Part shown: in pieces, positions 57,188 through 64,000 of the stretch
How the letters are laid out: each line of letters opens with the position of its first letter
Numbering within the stretch: position 1 is the stretch's first letter
Assembly (NCBI GenBank): GCA_010093605.1
Contig: MU004195.1
Span: forward strand, 1,193,566 to 1,257,565
Source: Lophium mytilinum
Lineage: Eukaryota
Length of the DNA stretch: 64,000 bases
Direction of reading: 5' to 3'
Position numbers and translations under genes: made by a program
Notes under the pieces: model-generated
Told to the model about the DNA's origin: nothing
The model's input: the letters and a program-made list of their open reading frames with translations, nothing else
The model's database searches: none

Positions 57188-60100
57188 GATCGTAAAGGAG
57201 GGTTGCCGTCCGGGGGTGTGGTGGAGCGTAGAGAGGGTGGAGGTTGAAGCCGATGAGGAACGGCTTCAGAAAGACGCTAAGCGATCCCGATTGCTACAGC
57301 CCGACTGTGGCAACCATGACCCCACGCAACTGAAGACTCCCTGGCTAGACAAGACAGTTGCAGTAATAAGTCGGGTGTATATTGCCAGGTCAAGGTCGCG
57401 AAAATGGCTTTCGAACGAAGGGCATGCGCGAGCGGCAGTCGCAGGGTCTAAGGTCCGTCAAGGGAGCGAGTTCGTAGAGCTCGGAGGTGCAATTGCGTGC
57501 ACAGCTGTCGCGACGGCTTGTGCAGTGCAATGGAGAGGGTTCGGAGGCGGTAATAGCGAGAAAGGAGTGATGATTGCATGCGACATAGGAAATGGAGGGA
57601 GGGTTGGGTCGTGCTGGCGGCGCCTTCAGCTGGAGCAGAATAGGATCCAAGAAAGCATAGGTGTGAGTGAGGGGTGAATTCGAGGAGGTTCTAGGGGAGG
57701 CAAACAGATTTCATATTATGGAGGGCGCGCTTTGTGCTGCTCCATGGCATTGCCCGTCTGTTCAGGTTCTGCGATGGAGGATGCGGCTCGGCGACCATCT
57801 CGGCTGGGGAGCCCCGGCACGCCGACAACTTCATAGCTGTGGAGGCATTCCTTTGTATCGGAGGACCTCTAGATATTGAATATTGTGAAGTAGATCAATA
57901 GGCTTACTACTAGACACCAAGAAACGAAACTTGTTTGACTGGTAATTTGCAATCAACCTGCACTCAGAAGAGACACTAACTTGACTTGAACTCCAAAACC
58001 GCCGCCTTGGCGCTTCCCAGTCAAGTGAAAGGCGTACAGCAAAGAAGACATCGGCGTGCCGGCCAGAGACTTTGATCCTAGGTGATAGGCTTTGGGGAGG
58101 CAATGCCGCTAGCCGAACACTGTGTGCTCTTGCTAGTAAGCTTGCAAGCATTGTTGTGTCCGACCGACTAGAGGTCGTTCGTGCAACCACACTCTGACTT
58201 GGTTCCTGAATTTGCTGAAACTTTCCTAAAGGAGAATTGTGCCTCGTTCAATTGAGAACATCTTGTGAATGTGAGACTTTGAGACTCTGAGTGGGTGAAT
58301 TGCATTCAAGGGGTTCTCGACGGTCACGTGACTCTCAAACGACATGCCTTCAGTATCTTGGCGGATAGGCTCAATTATGGAACTCAGTCGGGTTTACGAT
58401 GGCTTGAGGCTGTATAGTGAGAGTTGAGCAAATTTTACGAGCCAGTATCCGTTTGTAATGACGGTCGTCAAAGCTTACTGCAATCTGACGAACGTTCGAC
58501 CCATATTGATATTACCCCTGAATAGCCTTGGGTCCCCCTAGAGTCGGCATTTCCGATTCTTTTCCTGTAAGTGGGAAAGTGTCAACTTCGTGGCATTGGT
58601 TGTTGTTAGTGGATATGGTTGAAGCTCCCATGGATATGAGTGGGGTCGTGTTCGAGAATGTGGGTACGAAAAGTAAATGTGTGCCAAGACCGCAACTTGC
58701 AAGTTCACTGAACCTTGTCAGGGCAACCACTCTAAATGTCAATGTCAGCTGCCTGGGCACAGAGGCTTGTAATGTAGCTGCATTCAACTAAGTGAATAGG
58801 ACTACAGCTTGTCTGAATATTTAAATGTTGTTGTTTCGTTTACGGCAGACACCCCGCGTCAGGACCCGTAGCGAACCTTGGGACAAGCTAAACGCCCCCG
58901 CGAAGCACACGCACTCTGGCCTTGGCAGCACAAAGATACCTAGCCTGGAGAATACCAGTCTCCTGTGCTCTAAAGTCTAGGACGAGAATCCGACTAGGTT
59001 GCCTACAAATGCAAATCTGTCCTGGACAACATGCAAGCAGGGTGGCGGAAGATCGTCATTTGGAGGGAAAGAACGGAGTATAATACATCACGACTGATGA
59101 TCTGCTTCAGGATCTCTCCTAGGAGCATAAGATTCCCAGTAACATGTCTGCATATCTGATCCCCCTGATATTCCAAATTAAGCGCCCAATTGTGTCCCTG
59201 GAACCTGTTCCTCGACGCGTTTTGACAACAGGTTTCCCATTCCCAATGCAGCTGTTTTATCCATCCGGTGGCCCATTCCACGCTTCCAACACATCCACAC
59301 CCCCGTCTTATTAACATCGGTACCAGCAAGGCCGGCGCTGTCGCTCAGGCCGGCAGTAAGGCAAGACCTGGAATTAGCTGCAGAAACCGCCCCAAGTCAT
59401 AGACGTAGTGTACGGCAGAGAGCGGTCGCTGGACGGCAATTTCCAAAGCCTGGATGCGATATCGGCGGATCCAGCAGCGAATCTCTCTGTTCTCGTGACT
59501 CATAGAATCTTACGAAGTCGGGAAAAGGATCCGTGGGGAGTGCTGCTCCGTGTTCTCCCGATGTCTCCCACTGTTGTTTGGTCGGTTTGTGCGTGAGGGT
59601 GGGAGTTGCGAGGCTGAATCTGTGGGATGGAGGTTCTTCTGCCGACTGTGCAGCGGCACGAAGCAAAGACCTTTCCGCGAGGCTGTCGTCGGTTCGGGGG
59701 AGAGGCTGGTAGCTGGACGCGGGGTCCTTTTAAAAGGCCAACACCGAAGTTCATTCCCCGAACTGCGAGGCCTTTGGGGGCATGATAAGGACAGTGACCA
59801 GCTTTAATTATGTACGACAAAGAAGCCTCGGCAGCCACCGCCGCAAAGGGCCAATTGTGACCCACGCAATTGGGTTTCTCGAGGCGGGCGCCGGCTCTCT
59901 GCACGTTCAAGTGGTGTGCGGCAATCTGAGCTTGGACAGCGGGACGGCCTCTTGCATCCTGGCATGCGGCACCACCAGGTCATCAGGGCGTGTCAACTCC
60001 TCTCCCAGGCCCCTGATTCGCCTGCTAGAGACCGAGCTGCGTCCACCGCCTGGCCTTGGGCGAGGCCCCCGGGCGCCCTTAGGCTGTATCGGGGGCATGG

Positions 60101-61216
60101 AGCTGGCAGAAACCGTGGGGTAACAGGGCAAATTTTCTGGACGCACAACAGAGCTGCAGGGAAAGCATCCATAAAACCGCCGGAGCTCGCCAACGGGTGC
60201 GAGGTGTCCTCATCCTGCATCTGACGATGGTTGTCCAGCCGTTTCGAGGGACAATTGGCAGTGCTGCTTGCCCACTCAGGGGCCGGTGATTTCATTGTGC
60301 CCAGGGCAACTGGAGGGGCTCGCGGCGGTAGGGACACGCTGCGTGGGCCCATTCACTCGTATATAGACACAAAGCGTAGCTTCAAAAGCGCCTCGAGGCC
60401 GCACATCCAAGCGAAGCTGCTGCTGCAATCGACAGCACCGTATGATTTGAAACGGGCCTAGATCAATTGGCAGAGGCCGTAATGATATGTCCCCTTAGCG
60501 TTGACGTGAAATTTTCCCCACCTTCGCTCCTCCCCATTCATAAGGTTGCCTCGTCCCATTTCCTCCTCTTCTTCCATCTCCACCAACACCAACACCACCC
60601 CGCCTGGTAGTCGTTGTGCCGCTGCAGCTTCAGAACAAGACCAGCTCGTAAGTCCATCTTCCTTGTACGCTGCCCCAGCCCTTGCACTGTTCCCGAAGCT
60701 TGTCGACGCGCGAGGCATTGCCGAGCGCCGTTGACAGCATCCCCCGCCCTCTCCCATTCGCCGGAGCTCTTATCAGGAGCATTTCGTGCATCTGGAGAGC
60801 TACCAGCCCAGCCAACCCCAGTCTCGTCTTCTACATCGTCTCGACGGTGTGGGGAGTGCAGTGCTGGAGCGAGAGGCGTGCTGGACGTGGACGGCGTGAC
60901 GCTGCTGTCTGTCGCCACTACCCTCAACTCCCTCTCCCTATCATCCTCCTCTTGCCTTGCTTTTCTTCCTCTACACTCGCTGCCTGACTCTCTCCTCTTC
61001 ACCACACTGCACTGAGATAGCTCTGCTGCTCAATCCACCACCTCTTTTGCACTCTCACTGTGGTCCATCCACCTAACCGAGTCACCAGGCACTCAGCAAC
61101 AACTACCAAGCTTCTCATCAACAGTCGGCACCGAGAGATCCTTCTTTCACACCCTCTCCGACAACAAACTCACTTCGACAATCTTCCAGCCCTCAATTTC
61201 GGCTCCCGCCGGAAGA

Positions 61217-64000
61217 ATGGGGCGAGTCTCTTTCGCCGAAGACAATCAACCTGCCAACGACCTCATCGAGGAGGAGGAGCCACTCAAGGTGTTCCCTTAC
61301 CAGGACACCCCAGAGAATACATCATGGGCTGGTACACTTCCTCTAAAGCAGGGTCTGTATGATCCGGAACTCGAGAAGGATGCCTGCGGTGTTGGCTTTG
61401 CTGCGTGAGTTTCTCCCCACCACGCTCTCGAAGCACCACAGTGACTAACGCACTACAGACACATCAAGGGCGAGGCCAGCCATAAGATTGTGAGCGATGG
61501 TAAGAAGACTCGAAAATCCGTGGGACTTCGGAAGGCTAATCTGTAAAACAGCACGATCTCTGCTCTGCAATATGACCCATCGGGGTGCCGTTGGCTCAGA
61601 CGCCCGTGACGGCGACGGAGCTGGTGTGATGACCTCTATACCCCACAAGTTCTTTCTCAAGAACTTCGAGAGAGAGCAAGGGATCAAGCTCCCAGAGCTC
61701 GGACAATACGCCGCCGGCAATCTGTTCTTCAAGCCAGACCCAGAGACATTGAAGGAAACTGTGGCAACGTTCGAAGAGGTTGCAGATTCCCTTGACTTGC
61801 GAGTGTTGGGATGGCGAGAAGTTCCCCGAGACTCAACCTTACTGGGTCCAGCAGCACTCTCCAGAGAGCCAGTCATCCTTCAACCTTTCGTCGTCCTGAA
61901 ATCGGCCTATGGTGACGGGAAGCAGCCGAACGAAGACTTTGCTCAGAAGTTTGACGAATCCCGGTTCGAGCGACAACTCTACGTCCTGCGGAAGCGGGCG
62001 ACTCATACTATCGGCCTTCACAACTGGTTCTACCTTTGCTCCCTGAGCAACAAGAACATTGTGTACAAGGGACAACTTGCACCTGTGCAAGTATATCAGT
62101 ACTACTTTGACCTTGTGTCTGTGGACTACGAGGGTCACTTCGCATTGGTCCACTCACGGTTCTCGACGAATACCTTTCCGAGCTGGGACCGCGCTCAGCC
62201 ACTTCGATGGGCTGCCCATAACGGCGAAATCAACACTCTCCGGGGAAACAAGAACTGGATGAGAGCTCGCGAAGGCGTGATGAAGTCAGACATCTTCGGA
62301 GACGAGCTCGACTTGCTTTACCCGATCATTGAAGACGGTGGCTCCGACTCGGCGGCTTTCGATAACGTGCTGGAATTGCTCGTCATCAACGGCGTCCTTT
62401 CCCTTCCCGAGGCGGTCATGCTGATGGTTCCCGAAGCCTGGCAGGGAAATCGAGCCATGGATCCGGCTAAGCAGGCCTTCTACGAGTGGGCTGGCTGTAT
62501 GATGGAGCCTTGGGATGGACCTGCCCTCTTCACATTCGCCGACGGTCGATACTGTGGCGCCAATCTTGACAGAAACGGCCTGCGTCCATGTCGTTACTAC
62601 ATCACAGATGATGATCGCATCGTCTGTGCCTCCGAGGTCGGTACAATCAACATTGAGCCGGAGAGGATTGTCCAGAAGGGTCGTCTTCAACCAGGACGCA
62701 TGCTCCTCGTGGATACCGTGGCAGGTCGCATTGTCGATGACGCTGAATTGAAGGCAACGGTTGCAAACCGACACGACTTCAAGTCTTGGATCGAGAGCCA
62801 GCTTCTGACTTTGCCCTCAATCCTGAGTCAATTGGTTGAGAATGGGACTGTTCTGTCGCAAAAGCCAACGGATACCCGTGTCCAGGAAGATCCCCGCCTC
62901 CGAGCCTTCGGATACTCGCTCGAACAGGTCAGCTTGTTGCTCGGTCCCATGGCAGCAGATTCGAAAGAAGCCCTCGGATCCATGGGCAATGATGCTCCTC
63001 TTGCCTGCCTCGCCACGCAGCCCCGTCTCCTTTATGAGTACTTTCGCCAACTTTTCGCGCAAGTTACAAATCCGCCTATCGATCCCATTCGAGAGGCAAT
63101 TGTCATGTCTCTAGAAGCATACGTCGGTCCGCAAGGTAACCTCCTAGAGATGAACGAGACTCAATGCCATCGGATGCTTCTTCCATCTCCTGTTCTGTCT
63201 GTTGAAGAATTCAATGCTCTCATAAATACGCACGTCTTATACCCTGATTGGTCCGTTAAGCTCATTGACATTACATTTCCTAAAAAAGATGGCGTAAAGG
63301 GATACATGGCGGCCTTAGACCGCATTTGCGAAGCCGCCACAGAAGGCATCACAAGCGGCGACAACATCCTGGTTCTCTCAGACCGTGCCACCTCAGCAGA
63401 TCGCGTTCCGGTGTCCGCTCTCCTTGCTACTGGCATGGTGCACCATCATCTCGTGAGGAATCGGTGGCGATCTCAAGCTGCGTTGGTCGTCGAGACAGCT
63501 GAAGCTCGCGAAGTTCATCACATGTGTGTGCTTGTCGGCTATGGTGCTGATGCAATCTGCCCATACCTGGCAATGGAGTGCATTCTCAAGATGCAACGCG
63601 AGGGCCTGATCCGGAAGAAGCTGTCCCCGGAGCAGCTCATTGAAAACTACAAGCACTCATGCGACGGTGGCATCCTCAAAGTCATGAGTAAGATGGGTAT
63701 CTCGACTCTCCAGAGTTACAAAGGTGCCCAGATCTTCGAGTCCCTTGGAATCGATGACACTGTTGTTGATCGATGCTTCACCGGAACCGCAAGCCGAATC
63801 AAGGGTATGACCTTTGAGTTGATTGCTCAAGATGCCTTTGCTCTGCACGAAAAAGGATACCCATCGCGAAGCATCGTCGAAATCCCAGGCCTCGCTGAAA
63901 CCGGAGAGTACCATTGGCGTGACGGCGGAGAACCGCACGTGAATGACCCGACAGCCATTGCCAACATCCAGGATGCCGTCCGAACCAAGAATGACAAGTC
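61217..64000 (+). CDS. GLT1: NADH-dependent glutamate synthase, 5' part (runs off the window)
   Basis: GLYDPELEKDA|CGVGF (Ntn Cys), introns near 61405-61458 and 61500-61551, then HRGAVG..DGDGAG, HSRFSTNTFPSW, HNGEINT, MEPWDGPA, FAQVTNPPIDP, KVMSKMGIST read directly from the DNA. Confidence 0.97.

Noticed and set aside
57190..61216. Hidden genes in the 4-kb SET2-GLT1 intergenic region
   Set aside because: Only short ORFs without recognisable motifs or splice structure; consistent with a long promoter and leader

Overview
This is eukaryotic DNA from a filamentous ascomycete: short GT-AG introns with CTRAC/CTAAC branch points, a Zn2Cys6 regulator and RIP-like TpA enrichment. There are no prokaryotic features, RNA genes or CRISPR arrays. 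(i) 1-11 kb is a compact putative amine-utilisation cluster (permease, copper amine oxidase, PhyH-type Fe/2OG dioxygenase, Zn2Cys6 factor, SDR); two of its promoters share a GAYA-N3-GCGG motif. (ii) Conserved housekeeping genes follow: SER1, LYS4, a Ubl-WLM protease, an MNN4-like gene, RVB2, POP8, gatA/UGA1, SET2 and the 5' part of GLT1. (iii) Between LYS4 and the WLM gene lies a ~13.5 kb accessory island, the best candidate for an undescribed system. It has three intronless orphan coiled-coil genes sharing domains in a modular way: A has N+C domains, B has an internal repeat plus the C domain, and C has only the N domain. Gene B is bracketed by oppositely oriented arrays of one ~108-170 bp repeat family, gene C has a minisatellite leader, and a 71-bp inverted copy of a neighbouring host exon lies upstream of A. 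(iv) A triplicated 32-bp dyad element with a compensatory double substitution lies between POP8 and gatA. All functional interpretations come from reading the sequence by eye, and no searches were run.
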